DNA of 29,510 nucleotides, taken from IMG/VR virus record IMGVR_UViG_3300033407_000969, positions 1-29,510 of that record; one strand, given 5' to 3'. The notes under the pieces were generated by a model, which saw nothing but the letters and a program-made list of their open reading frames with translations, was not told the origin of the DNA and did not search any database. The DNA comes from a virus (taxonomy: Duplodnaviria > Caudoviricetes). The first letter of the stretch is position 1, and each line of letters begins with the position of its first letter. Both the position numbers and the translations under genes were made by a program. Shown here piece by piece: positions 1-8,273 of this stretch.

Positions 1-228
1 ATGAAAATTGAGAGTTTGGGAATCTACGAAAGCCAGGCAGATCGACAGCAATACGAGGTCATCAGATATACCGACCAGATAACATTCAAGTCGACCACCA
101 ACCCTCGTAGGAAGGTTGACGGTCTTCGCAGCTACAAAACCCAGTGCGGAATTCAGCTAAACGCGGATTCTGATGACGAATCCCGTTTCAAAACAGTGAA
201 TGACGACGAGGTGCTGGTCAAAGTGTAA
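1..228 (+). CDS. Small hypothetical protein (75 aa), accessory gene convergent with the tail operon
   Basis: ATG-to-TAA ORF, lower GC than the phage core, protein-like composition, opposite strand to the tail genes. Confidence 0.65.
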   Translation: MKIESLGIYESQADRQQYEVIRYTDQITFKSTTNPRRKVDGLRSYKTQCGIQLNADSDDESRFKTVNDDEVLVKV

Positions 229-256
229 GACAGATGCCATGGCTCTCGTTAGGGAC

Positions 257-697
257 TCAGGCAGCTTGCTCGAGGCGGTCTTTGGCTACCTGGTAGTAGG
301 TGTCGGTGTATTCGATGCCGATGAACTGGCGGGGCTTGTCCCAGACGTAGACACCCCGCCAGACGAAGCCGGCCGCCTGCATGATGTCGGTCATCAGCGG
401 CAGCTGTCGCCAGTCGGTAAACACACAGATCGGTGCGCCGTTCTTCATCGCCCGGTAGCACTCCGACATCCACATGGTTGCCCAGAACTGGAAGCCGCGC
501 TGGTCGCGGTTGCCGCCCGGGAAGTCGGCAAAGCTCTTGCCGCCGTGGGTGTATTTGGTACCGGTGCTCTGCACCTTGTCGGAGCGAAACAGACCGCCAG
601 ATGAGTACGGCGGGTCGGTGATCAGCGCGTCGATCGTTGCGTCTTCAATCGCCTGCAGGTGGCGCAGGCAGTCGCCCTTGTAAAGTTGATACTGCCT
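257..697 (-). pseudogene. DNA N6-adenine/N4-cytosine methyltransferase (beta class) remnant
   Basis: Frame reads QYQLYKGDCL...IDALITDPPYSSGG...WRGVYVWDKP|RQFIGIEY...AKDRL. SD AAGGAG (703-708) precedes AGG (695-697) instead of ATG, and the FxGxG SAM-binding block is absent. Confidence 0.85.
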
Positions 698-722
698 TGA
701 CTCTCCTTGTATTACTTCAGGG

Positions 723-1655
723 TTACTCGATGATGGGCTCCAGCTTGGTTTGCAGCTGGCTGGCTTGTTGCTGATAACCGGTGAACGTTCCCGCCTGGTT
801 CGGGCTCGATACGTCCGGGTGGGTATGACTGGCTACAGTCGCGGCCAAGTTTTCGACCAGCGCCGTCAGATCCTGCAGGTGGCGCACGACGTTCAAGGAG
901 TCACTGCCGAACCAGACCTTGCCGCCGGCGGCGACCTCGACGTGCTGCAGATCCTTCGCCCAGGAACGCCGCATTCTGCCGGCCGCTTCCTGGATATCGT
1001 CGGCACTGGCGAGATTCAGCACACCGAGGCTGGCAAGATTCGCCGCACCGCCAGACAGCAGCCAGAGCGCCCCCAGCGCCTCCAGGGTCTTCACGCCGCC
1101 CACTGTCTCGGTAGCGCTCTCCGCTACGTCCAGATCGTGCCGCTGCAGCTGCTCGGTCTTCTGCAGCGCCTCGAGGCTGTATTCCCTTGCCTTGTCATCG
1201 ATGCGGCCCAGGGTTTCACGCTGCCAGTTGCCCTGGTGGTCAACAGCTTGGCGGCTAGCATAGCTGTGCTGCCAGAGGGCCGCACCCTCCTCCAGCTCGG
1301 GCAACGGCAGATAGTGGGGCAGAACACCGCGCACGAACGGCAGGTGAGCGCGCCCGTACATGAAGGCCACTTCGACCCAGGTCCCAGGCGCCGGTAACTG
1401 CCAGTAACCGGATTCGGGGCCACCGCCGGGGATGGAAACCGGTACCGCCGGCAGGCGCGGCTGGTTGGCATCCGGCCTGCCCTGTTCGTCCAGCAACTCG
1501 ATATCGACGGCGTAGTGGGGCCGGAACGGATCCGCGATCTGCCCTGCTTTCGGTGTGTCACAGACCGCCACCACGCGACCGAGACGAGGTAGATGGTGGC
1601 CCGCCTTCAACTCAGGAAACAGCCTGAGCACGATTTTTCGGATCTGCTCTTTCAT
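723..1655 (-). CDS. Baseplate spike / gpV-like protein (310 aa)
   Basis: Start MKEQIRKIV overlaps the upstream stop (ATGA). OB-fold-like 'PAPGTWVEVAFMYGRAHLPFV', beta-repeat middle, C-terminal HxH (HTH) metal-binding tip typical of spikes. Confidence 0.75.
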   Translation of the reverse strand: MKEQIRKIVLRLFPELKAGHHLPRLGRVVAVCDTPKAGQIADPFRPHYAVDIELLDEQGRPDANQPRLPAVPVSIPGGGPESGYWQLPAPGTWVEVAFMYGRAHLPFVRGVLPHYLPLPELEEGAALWQHSYASRQAVDHQGNWQRETLGRIDDKAREYSLEALQKTEQLQRHDLDVAESATETVGGVKTLEALGALWLLSGGAANLASLGVLNLASADDIQEAAGRMRRSWAKDLQHVEVAAGGKVWFGSDSLNVVRHLQDLTALVENLAATVASHTHPDVSSPNQAGTFTGYQQQASQLQTKLEPIIE

Positions 1656-2386
1656 GCGCCCCCCTGGCGTTTCAGGCGGCGTGACCAGGGGTCGGCCAGC
1701 CAACTGATCTGCATGATGTGTTCTTTCAGCGTAACCGAGGTAATGAACACCTCCTTGTCGTTGATCTGGGCTTTTGAACCCGGCCGCAGTCGCGGCACCA
1801 TCGGCAGCGCGCCGGAACTGGTCGCCCCCTGTTGCTGCAGGATTTCGGGCGGCAGCCGCAGCAGCGGCTTGCCCGCCCAGGGGCTGTGCTCCCAACTACC
1901 GACATAGACCCGGCCGTCGGCCTGCTGCTGCCAGATAAAACGCGGGATCTCGAACGCCGCCGCCAGGTTGTCGAGCGCGTAGTAACCGCCGCCGAGGTGG
2001 TGATAGTGCGCGATCGCGGTGCGGGTGTAGGGTTCATCCGGCGTATAGAAGCGCAGTCCGGTCGGTTGGCTGATCTCCGCCAGCACTCGATTCAGGTCCG
2101 GATGCCGCAAGGCGATCGGGAAGGGCTGATTCAGCATGCCGGTCAGTTCACGGCACAGCAGGCGCAGCTGCCGGCGGTCGACTCGAGTCGACTCCTCGAC
2201 AAAGCCGGTGAAGAAGTACACCTGCTCGGGTGCGTAGCCCAGTGTCAGCACCACCAGGCCAGCAAGCTCCTTCTCGCTTTCCACTGTCAGGTGCGCCACG
2301 CCCGGGTTGAATAACCCCAGCGCGACACTGTGTTGAACCAGCGGTACCGGCTGGCCGCCGACTGTCACCTTGAACTCGGGTTTCAT
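1652..2386 (-). CDS. Baseplate hub protein (gpD/gp44-like)
   Basis: Coupled to the spike gene; 'FIWQQQADGRVYVGSW' and 'PMVPRLRPG' resemble HP1/K139-type distal tail proteins. Confidence 0.7.
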   Translation of the reverse strand: MKPEFKVTVGGQPVPLVQHSVALGLFNPGVAHLTVESEKELAGLVVLTLGYAPEQVYFFTGFVEESTRVDRRQLRLLCRELTGMLNQPFPIALRHPDLNRVLAEISQPTGLRFYTPDEPYTRTAIAHYHHLGGGYYALDNLAAAFEIPRFIWQQQADGRVYVGSWEHSPWAGKPLLRLPPEILQQQGATSSGALPMVPRLRPGSKAQINDKEVFITSVTLKEHIMQISWLADPWSRRLKRQGGA

Positions 2387-2904
2387 GCCAATGCGTTATC
2401 CAACTGCTTCAGATACTTTTCGACACCGTTCAACTCCGGTGCCGCCGTTTGGGGCGTGGATTCAGTCGCCACCGGCACACCTGGGTCGGCCGACTCCGCA
2501 ACGGGTTCCGGCGTGCGCCGCGCCTCCTTCTTCTCCGGTACCGAGTTGTGCTCGACCAGGGAGAAGGTGACAGACCACGCCTGCAGACTGTCCGCCTCCG
2601 TGACGCGCAGCGCGTCGGTAAACTTCACCTGGCGGATCTGCATCGCTTTGGCCAGCGGGTCGATGATCTGCCACACCCGGGCGTCGCCGGCATCGTCCGT
2701 CTGTTCGGCAATGCCTATCAGTTCGGTCAGCAGGTTGGCATCCTTGAACGCGATGGTCAGGGCAACGCTGAGCTTTTTAGCCTTTTGCCCCATGGATACC
2801 GTGCTGGTGCTGCTGCTCCCGCCGCTGATATCGGCCTGTGGCATCGGCAGCTGGGCGGATATCTTCAGATTGGCGTCGGGCACCTTGTACGTATCGAGTC
2901 TCAC
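2383..2904 (-). CDS. HP1-type tail/baseplate protein (173 aa)
   Basis: GTG start coupled to neighbours; 'DISGGSSST', 'WSVTFSLVEHNSVPEKKE' motifs; position in the distal tail cluster. Confidence 0.7.
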   Translation of the reverse strand: MRLDTYKVPDANLKISAQLPMPQADISGGSSSTSTVSMGQKAKKLSVALTIAFKDANLLTELIGIAEQTDDAGDARVWQIIDPLAKAMQIRQVKFTDALRVTEADSLQAWSVTFSLVEHNSVPEKKEARRTPEPVAESADPGVPVATESTPQTAAPELNGVEKYLKQLDNALA

Positions 2905-3794
2905 AGGCCGATCGCCTCCGCTATCAAATCGAGCGCGCCTGCGCCGCCGATCAGCAGCACCGCGGCAGTATGCGAATATTCAGCACCGGCCGGTGGATTG
3001 CCGGTCAGTTGTTGGGCTATCGATTGGCTCGATCCACTCAACCGTGCCGCCACGCCGGCGCCGCCGCTGAAGGTCTGTGCCAGCATGTTCCAGGCATCTG
3101 CCCGCTGCTGCAGGTGGGCCTGCTTGCGGCTGAGTGTCTGTTGAAGCCGGGCCACCGGGCTGGTGTCAGCCCCGTAGCCATCGGCCAGGGCCTGCAGCGC
3201 CCCGAGGCTCGCGTCCAGCGCCTGCAACTGGGGTAGATCCGCCAGCCCCTGCTGCTTCCAGTAGGGCGTCGCCGGCGGCGTCGGCAGCACACGCTTGTCG
3301 GCTTCGTGACTGATCAGCGTTTTACTGCGCCGTTCCAGCAGTTGCAGTTCAGGGACCGGCAGCACCGCATTGAAGGCGGCCAACTGTGCGTGAAAGTCGG
3401 CCACCGATGCAGCAAACAGGCAGATGACCAGCGCGTCGCCGCCCTCCGGCAAGCGTGGGTCGGTGTGCTCGCGACACTTGTCCGCCAGCGCCTGCAGGGC
3501 CTCGTCCGGGGCCAGGTACTGGTACACGGCGCCGCCGCTGCCGCGATCCTGCAGCCAGGGGTGTACGCACAGACACGCGGCCACAGCGTTGAACGCTGCC
3601 TGCGCCTGTTCGCGCAGTGCCAGCAACGCCGCCGCACTGTCGGCCAGAGGCGAGCCACTGAAACTCTGCGCGATACCGCCAAGCCGGCCACCCTGCAGGG
3701 CCAGTTCGGCGGCGGCACCGGATTCCAGCGAACCCAATTGGCTGCGAATCGATGCCAGTTGGGCGGGGAGTGAAAACTGACAGCTCTGCCACAT
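2901..3794 (-). CDS. HP1-type tail-associated protein (297 aa)
   Basis: Long ORF coupled to neighbours in the tail operon; 'VHPWLQ..G....YLAP..AL..LADK' motif. Confidence 0.7.
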   Translation of the reverse strand: MWQSCQFSLPAQLASIRSQLGSLESGAAAELALQGGRLGGIAQSFSGSPLADSAAALLALREQAQAAFNAVAACLCVHPWLQDRGSGGAVYQYLAPDEALQALADKCREHTDPRLPEGGDALVICLFAASVADFHAQLAAFNAVLPVPELQLLERRSKTLISHEADKRVLPTPPATPYWKQQGLADLPQLQALDASLGALQALADGYGADTSPVARLQQTLSRKQAHLQQRADAWNMLAQTFSGGAGVAARLSGSSQSIAQQLTGNPPAGAEYSHTAAVLLIGGAGALDLIAEAIGL

Positions 3795-3797
3795 AAT

Positions 3798-4085
3798 TCA
3801 ACGCTCCAGCTGTCGGCGCTTTCGGGCCACCGCCGCCCACACGGAATACTGTCCCTCGTCGGCTTCGCGGGTCCTTTCCGTGTGCCCCGGGTCGATCCAG
3901 TTCAGCCCCTTACGCAACCAGGCCAGCAAGCGGAAACGCCGCCAGTATTTACCGGTCACCGAGCTGATCGTCTCGTCCGGATCGCCGCCCAGCAGCAGCA
4001 CGTTGCAGCCCTGGTCGATCCAGATCAGGATGTTCTTGATGTATTGGCGGATCGCTGTCAGAAGCAGCACGATGACGTACGTCAT
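3798..4085 (-). CDS. Conserved phage hypothetical protein (95 aa), hydrophobic N-terminus
   Basis: 'IDQGCNVLLLGGDPDETISS' motif, recognised from small genes that follow tail-fibre modules; ATGA overlap with the upstream gene. Confidence 0.7.
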   Translation of the reverse strand: MTYVIVLLLTAIRQYIKNILIWIDQGCNVLLLGGDPDETISSVTGKYWRRFRLLAWLRKGLNWIDPGHTERTREADEGQYSVWAAVARKRRQLER

Positions 4086-4762
4086 ACCGGCTTCATCTTA
4101 TTCAACTGATCGATGTACGGCTGGGCTACAACCGCGAAGTCTGCGTCATCTGCAGCGCTATCGACGGCAACCTTGCCCGCCAGACGCTGTTGACGGATAG
4201 CCAACAACACTTGTTCCCACGCAGCAGCTGTACGCTCAATGTCGATCGCAGCCTCTTCATCTGTAATACCGGCAGTTATCGCCCAATCGCTGATCGCGGC
4301 CGGAACGCTGTCTGCGGGATTGCCCGCCGCCCGCCATTGTTCAGTCTGTTCCAGTGCGAGGCGGTACTCCTCTGCGACAAGTTGACCAGCGCTGACGTAA
4401 CGGGCGCGGGCGGCGCCAGCGGCTGTGTCGATGGAGGTTTTTGCGGTGGCACGGCGCTCAGCAGCGGGCAGCGGTGGTTCCTCGAACAAAGCATCAGCGG
4501 GCGGCTCGACTCCGAGTGCATCGATGATGTGGCGGGAACGGTCGGCGATCCAGAATTCGGTATCACGATAGTCTGGAACCAGTGCCCAGCGGCCGTCGCT
4601 CAATACTGCCGCTTCGTTTTTGCCCGGCTGCGGTGGCTGATCTGTTGTTGCGAATGCTGGCACCAGGTAGCTACCCGGTCGCATTGGATCTGGATCCGCA
4701 TAACCCGTGCCAATGTATTCGCCGGTTCTCGGATTTACGCGATAAGTGACGGGAGTTGTCAT
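4082..4762 (-). CDS. Tail fibre assembly chaperone (Tfa-like)
   Basis: 'TGEYIG...ADPDP...YLVPAFATTDQPP...WALVPDYR' Tfa-like N-terminus; immediately downstream of the tail fibre. Confidence 0.8.
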   Translation of the reverse strand: MTTPVTYRVNPRTGEYIGTGYADPDPMRPGSYLVPAFATTDQPPQPGKNEAAVLSDGRWALVPDYRDTEFWIADRSRHIIDALGVEPPADALFEEPPLPAAERRATAKTSIDTAAGAARARYVSAGQLVAEEYRLALEQTEQWRAAGNPADSVPAAISDWAITAGITDEEAAIDIERTAAAWEQVLLAIRQQRLAGKVAVDSAADDADFAVVAQPYIDQLNKMKPV

Positions 4763-4774
4763 CTGATACCTCTA

Positions 4775-6214
4775 TCAGTACTTGATGCAAAAAAGCAGGG
4801 CGATGTTACGTGGCCGGGTTTCCAGACCATTCATCTTGAATTTGATCCCCACATCGTTGCCGTCAGTTGAACGGCCTGTAGCGCGCTCTGTTGACCAACT
4901 GCCGGTTTGGGGAATAGTGACGGTGCCTTTTGTGCTGCTGTATGAGGATGTGTTGAACTGGTCCACATGCAGCGACTGGTCGGCCTGGGCGGATCCAAGC
5001 ACGCGGTCCAGGTCGATCCCCCGGCTGTCATCCAATCCGCGGATAAATTCGCCTCGCAGATCCGGCAGGTTGAACGTGGTGGAGCCATCGCCTATGCCGA
5101 ATGTGGTGCCAATCGCAGCAAACAGGTCCGCGTAGACCTCGCGATCCAGCTCGGCGCCGTTGCACTTGAGCCAACCGGACGGGGCTGTCGTTGTAGCGAA
5201 GGCAGCGACCTCGCCGACCATCAGATCAGCCAGGCGCTTTGCCATTTTTTTCGACGTTACGAAGTCTTCGTCATCCACTCCCTCATCCACTTTCTGCTGC
5301 GTTGCCACCTTAGCAATGCCGGCGACGGTCTCACTCGCCGATCCAACCTTTGTTAGAAACTCATCCACCAGAGCCCCAGGCGCGGCGATCGCCGTGCGCT
5401 GGTCGGTTACAGTGCCATCGCCGTTGATGGTAGCGAGTTTTTCCAGGTAGTGCGCCTGCAGGGCGTTGTCGGTGTAATCCACCTGCGCAGCTGTCGCGCT
5501 GACAGGGGTCAGGGTGACGCTCTTGCCGGTAATGTCCCCGTCCAGGGCGACATCCAGCCAGATATCTGTCGGCAACGCCGCCGGATCAGCCAACGGCAGC
5601 TCCTCCGACAGCTCGACCATCAGACCGGCAATAAAACCGCGGCCGGCGCGGAGCGTGTAGCTTCCGGCGTTTTCTTCGACCTTGAAGCCGTCATTGATAA
5701 AACGCTGGCGACCGTACAGCGCCAAATTGGCCAGGCGTTCGCGCTCGTCGATTCCATCCAGCCGGGCGGTGAAGTCGATCTGCCAGGTTTCGGCCGAAAC
5801 GGTGATCTGAGTGGTTGCCTGGGCATCGGTGAAGGCGAGCAGAAAGTTCCGGGTCAGGTTATTACCGGTGCTGACTCCGTTGGAGGCCCGCTTTTGCTGC
5901 AGCGGTACGTAGGTCACGGCGACCAGGGTGTCGTCGTCGGCCAGCAGCCCCACCCAATTGAAGTTGAAGTCACCCACGTTGGAACCCAGCAGCAGGGAGT
6001 AAACCACTTGATCCGGGTTGACGTAGCCAGCCCGGTGCACCGCGCCCTGCCACACGATATCGCCCGCCGCCGGCACGCTCTCTTCGGGGTTCACCGGTGC
6101 GGTGTGATCCAGCCCGCTGATATTGGCCAGCACGAAGCGGTCCAGTGTCAGCACCTGCTGCGCGCCCTGCTTTTGCGCGATCAAATCACGGCCGGCGGTT
6201 GTGAAAGCTGTCAT
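4775..6214 (-). CDS. Tail fibre protein with tail-collar domain (479 aa)
   Basis: HP1-type N-terminus ('VGDFNFNWVGL','ETWQIDFTARL'); one T4 gp12/gp34-like repeat; collar motif 'VGEVAAFATTTAPSGWLKCNG...FNLPDLRGEFIRG'; terminal 'ETRPRNIALLFCIKY'. Confidence 0.9.
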   Translation of the reverse strand: MTAFTTAGRDLIAQKQGAQQVLTLDRFVLANISGLDHTAPVNPEESVPAAGDIVWQGAVHRAGYVNPDQVVYSLLLGSNVGDFNFNWVGLLADDDTLVAVTYVPLQQKRASNGVSTGNNLTRNFLLAFTDAQATTQITVSAETWQIDFTARLDGIDERERLANLALYGRQRFINDGFKVEENAGSYTLRAGRGFIAGLMVELSEELPLADPAALPTDIWLDVALDGDITGKSVTLTPVSATAAQVDYTDNALQAHYLEKLATINGDGTVTDQRTAIAAPGALVDEFLTKVGSASETVAGIAKVATQQKVDEGVDDEDFVTSKKMAKRLADLMVGEVAAFATTTAPSGWLKCNGAELDREVYADLFAAIGTTFGIGDGSTTFNLPDLRGEFIRGLDDSRGIDLDRVLGSAQADQSLHVDQFNTSSYSSTKGTVTIPQTGSWSTERATGRSTDGNDVGIKFKMNGLETRPRNIALLFCIKY

Positions 6215-6223
6215 TCAATGCTC

Positions 6224-6751
6224 CTACCAAGTCGTCGCCTGGTCATAGTCCCAGACGTTGTTGAACTCAATGGCGACAACGCCAACCGGAACCGGCGTCA
6301 CCACCTCAAACTCGTAGCGGCGGCAGGTACGGCCGTACTGGTGCACGATCAACGTCAGCAACTCCGGATAGTTGCTCAGCTGGCTGTCGGTAAGGCGAAG
6401 GATAATGACATCCCAGTCTTTGTATGGGTCGCGCTCCTCGATCTCGGCGTAGCCCACGTCTAGCCGTTCAAGAATCCGGAGAAAGCCGGCAACGCTGCCG
6501 GCATCGCGGGCGTTGACGTAGGCGTACTTCACCCGTCGGCGGTAGAGCCATTCCGGCTCGCCCTTGAAGCGGGTGATATCGCGGCCCCAAGCGATCAGGT
6601 TCAGCGCCCGTAGCGAGCAGGTTTCCACATCCAGCTGCGCCAACGGCCAGCGCATCCAGTCCTCGACCTGTTCCCAGAACCCCTGCCCTGCTCGCTTAAC
6701 TGCATCGAGTCGGGGGCCGGCTTGCCAGAAGCTCAGATCCAGTTTGATCAC
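6224..6751 (-). CDS. Baseplate/tail protein (P2 gpI-like)
   Basis: Lies between the J-like gene and the fibre; 'LIAWGRDITRF.GEP..LYRRRVKYA..NARDAGS'. Confidence 0.8.
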   Translation of the reverse strand: MIKLDLSFWQAGPRLDAVKRAGQGFWEQVEDWMRWPLAQLDVETCSLRALNLIAWGRDITRFKGEPEWLYRRRVKYAYVNARDAGSVAGFLRILERLDVGYAEIEERDPYKDWDVIILRLTDSQLSNYPELLTLIVHQYGRTCRRYEFEVVTPVPVGVVAIEFNNVWDYDQATTW

Positions 6752-7932
6752 TCGGCATCCTCCAGGGTCAGGGTCAGCGACTGCAGCCGGGGGATCTCCA
6801 TCTCGCTGACGATATCCACCAGGTTCCAGGCCAGAGAGTCGATCTCATCATCGAACAGGGCGTGCAGCTCCTCGCCCAGCCGGGAGAAGCTGAAGCGTTT
6901 CCACGGCCAAGTCAGGGTGGGTTGCCAGTTGGCCGGCACCGCTTCGCGGAACGCGCTGCGGATATACAGCTCGATATCGCTGGCCAACTCGTCACGGCGT
7001 GACGCATCAAGCCAGGTCGGCACATAGACGGTCACGGCGAGGTCGTGCCAGGTTTCCGGCATGGCGAAGATCTGCAGGTCGTCACCGTGGCCGTGGTTCC
7101 CCTGCACGCTTATGTAGTCGTTCACCTGGGTCAGATAGCCTGCCGACGGCACACCGGCATCGAACAACACAAAAGCGTTTGCCGTACCCGGCCCGCGTGG
7201 TGCGTCGTGCTCGAAGAAGATGCGGTCGGTGGCGAAGCCGGTCTGGGCGGCGATCATCGAGCGGTAAACGGCATCGGTGTGATACTGGTTCACCGCGCTG
7301 AACTGGTTGCGGATCCGCCCGCGGAAGTCGTCGTTGCTTTCACGGTCAGCCCCCGGCTGGCTGATCCAGCCCTCAGCGTTGAATACCCGCACCACTCCTG
7401 CAACCGGCACGGGTGTGATCGTCAGATAGCCAGCGGCGAGGTTGTACGCCACACCGGCGTACTCCGCCTCGACCGGCACCTGCACGCTGGTTGCACCGTT
7501 GGGGAACGCGGTATCGGCGGTCACCCGCACACGGTACACGGTGCCACTGATTGGCACTGTCTCGATCCAGGTATCCGCCGGAATGATCAGCGGGCTGGCA
7601 GTGTTGTCGCGCTCGAAGGTCAGCATCCCCTTTGTCAGCACTGCTTCCTTGCGGGTCAGATCCACCGCATCTCCGAGCAGATCGAGGAAGGCATCAACCG
7701 CATAGCGGACGAACATGTTCGGCATAAGGCCGGTGACCAGCAGCTCCTGCAGCCAGAGCACAGGAGTAATGACAATCGCGGTAATCAGGCGCCAGAACGG
7801 CGAGTACTCGCTGTCATTGTTCAGCGTGACACCCTCGGCATCCGCGATCTGTCGAAACTCCTGTTTCAGCGCCGCGTCAGTGGTCGGCATGCCAGAGTCG
7901 GCCAGCAGTTGGCGGAAAACCTGCTCACTCAT
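6748..7932 (-). CDS. Baseplate J-like wedge protein
   Basis: 'GADRESNDDFRGRI', 'APRGPGTANA', 394 aa, expected position. Confidence 0.9.
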   Translation of the reverse strand: MSEQVFRQLLADSGMPTTDAALKQEFRQIADAEGVTLNNDSEYSPFWRLITAIVITPVLWLQELLVTGLMPNMFVRYAVDAFLDLLGDAVDLTRKEAVLTKGMLTFERDNTASPLIIPADTWIETVPISGTVYRVRVTADTAFPNGATSVQVPVEAEYAGVAYNLAAGYLTITPVPVAGVVRVFNAEGWISQPGADRESNDDFRGRIRNQFSAVNQYHTDAVYRSMIAAQTGFATDRIFFEHDAPRGPGTANAFVLFDAGVPSAGYLTQVNDYISVQGNHGHGDDLQIFAMPETWHDLAVTVYVPTWLDASRRDELASDIELYIRSAFREAVPANWQPTLTWPWKRFSFSRLGEELHALFDDEIDSLAWNLVDIVSEMEIPRLQSLTLTLEDAE

Positions 7933-8273
7933 GGGGTCACCTTTATCTGTCCATATTGATAGGTGTCAGCCAACAGCTGCCATATGCCGCGACTGTCCGG
8001 GAAGGTTGGGGTGGTCAGGGTGAAGGTCACAGATCCAGGTACAATCCGCGTATCCTCCTCGACCAGGAGCAGGATCTGCTGCTCGTAATACGCACGCAGC
8101 TCCTTGTCGCGCTCGGCGATCATTGCCGAGAGAAAACCGCTTTCACGGATCGCGTGCTTCAGATCCTGTGCGATCGAGACGGCACGCTCGACGTAGAGCA
8201 CACCGCCGGCGACATCGAGCGCGATATCGTCGTCCTCGATCAGGATGTCGACGTGGTGGGTTTCGGTTGTCAT
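7929..8273 (-). CDS. Baseplate protein (gpW/gp46-like, DUF2590-type)
   Basis: 'SIAQDLKHAIRESG...VEEDTRIVPGSV'; lies between tape measure and J. Confidence 0.8.
   Translation of the reverse strand: MTTETHHVDILIEDDDIALDVAGGVLYVERAVSIAQDLKHAIRESGFLSAMIAERDKELRAYYEQQILLLVEEDTRIVPGSVTFTLTTPTFPDSRGIWQLLADTYQYGQIKVTP

Noticed and set aside
3798-6214. Invertible tail-fibre cassette or diversity-generating retroelement
   Set aside because: No invertase, reverse transcriptase, duplicated fibre end or flanking inverted repeats seen.
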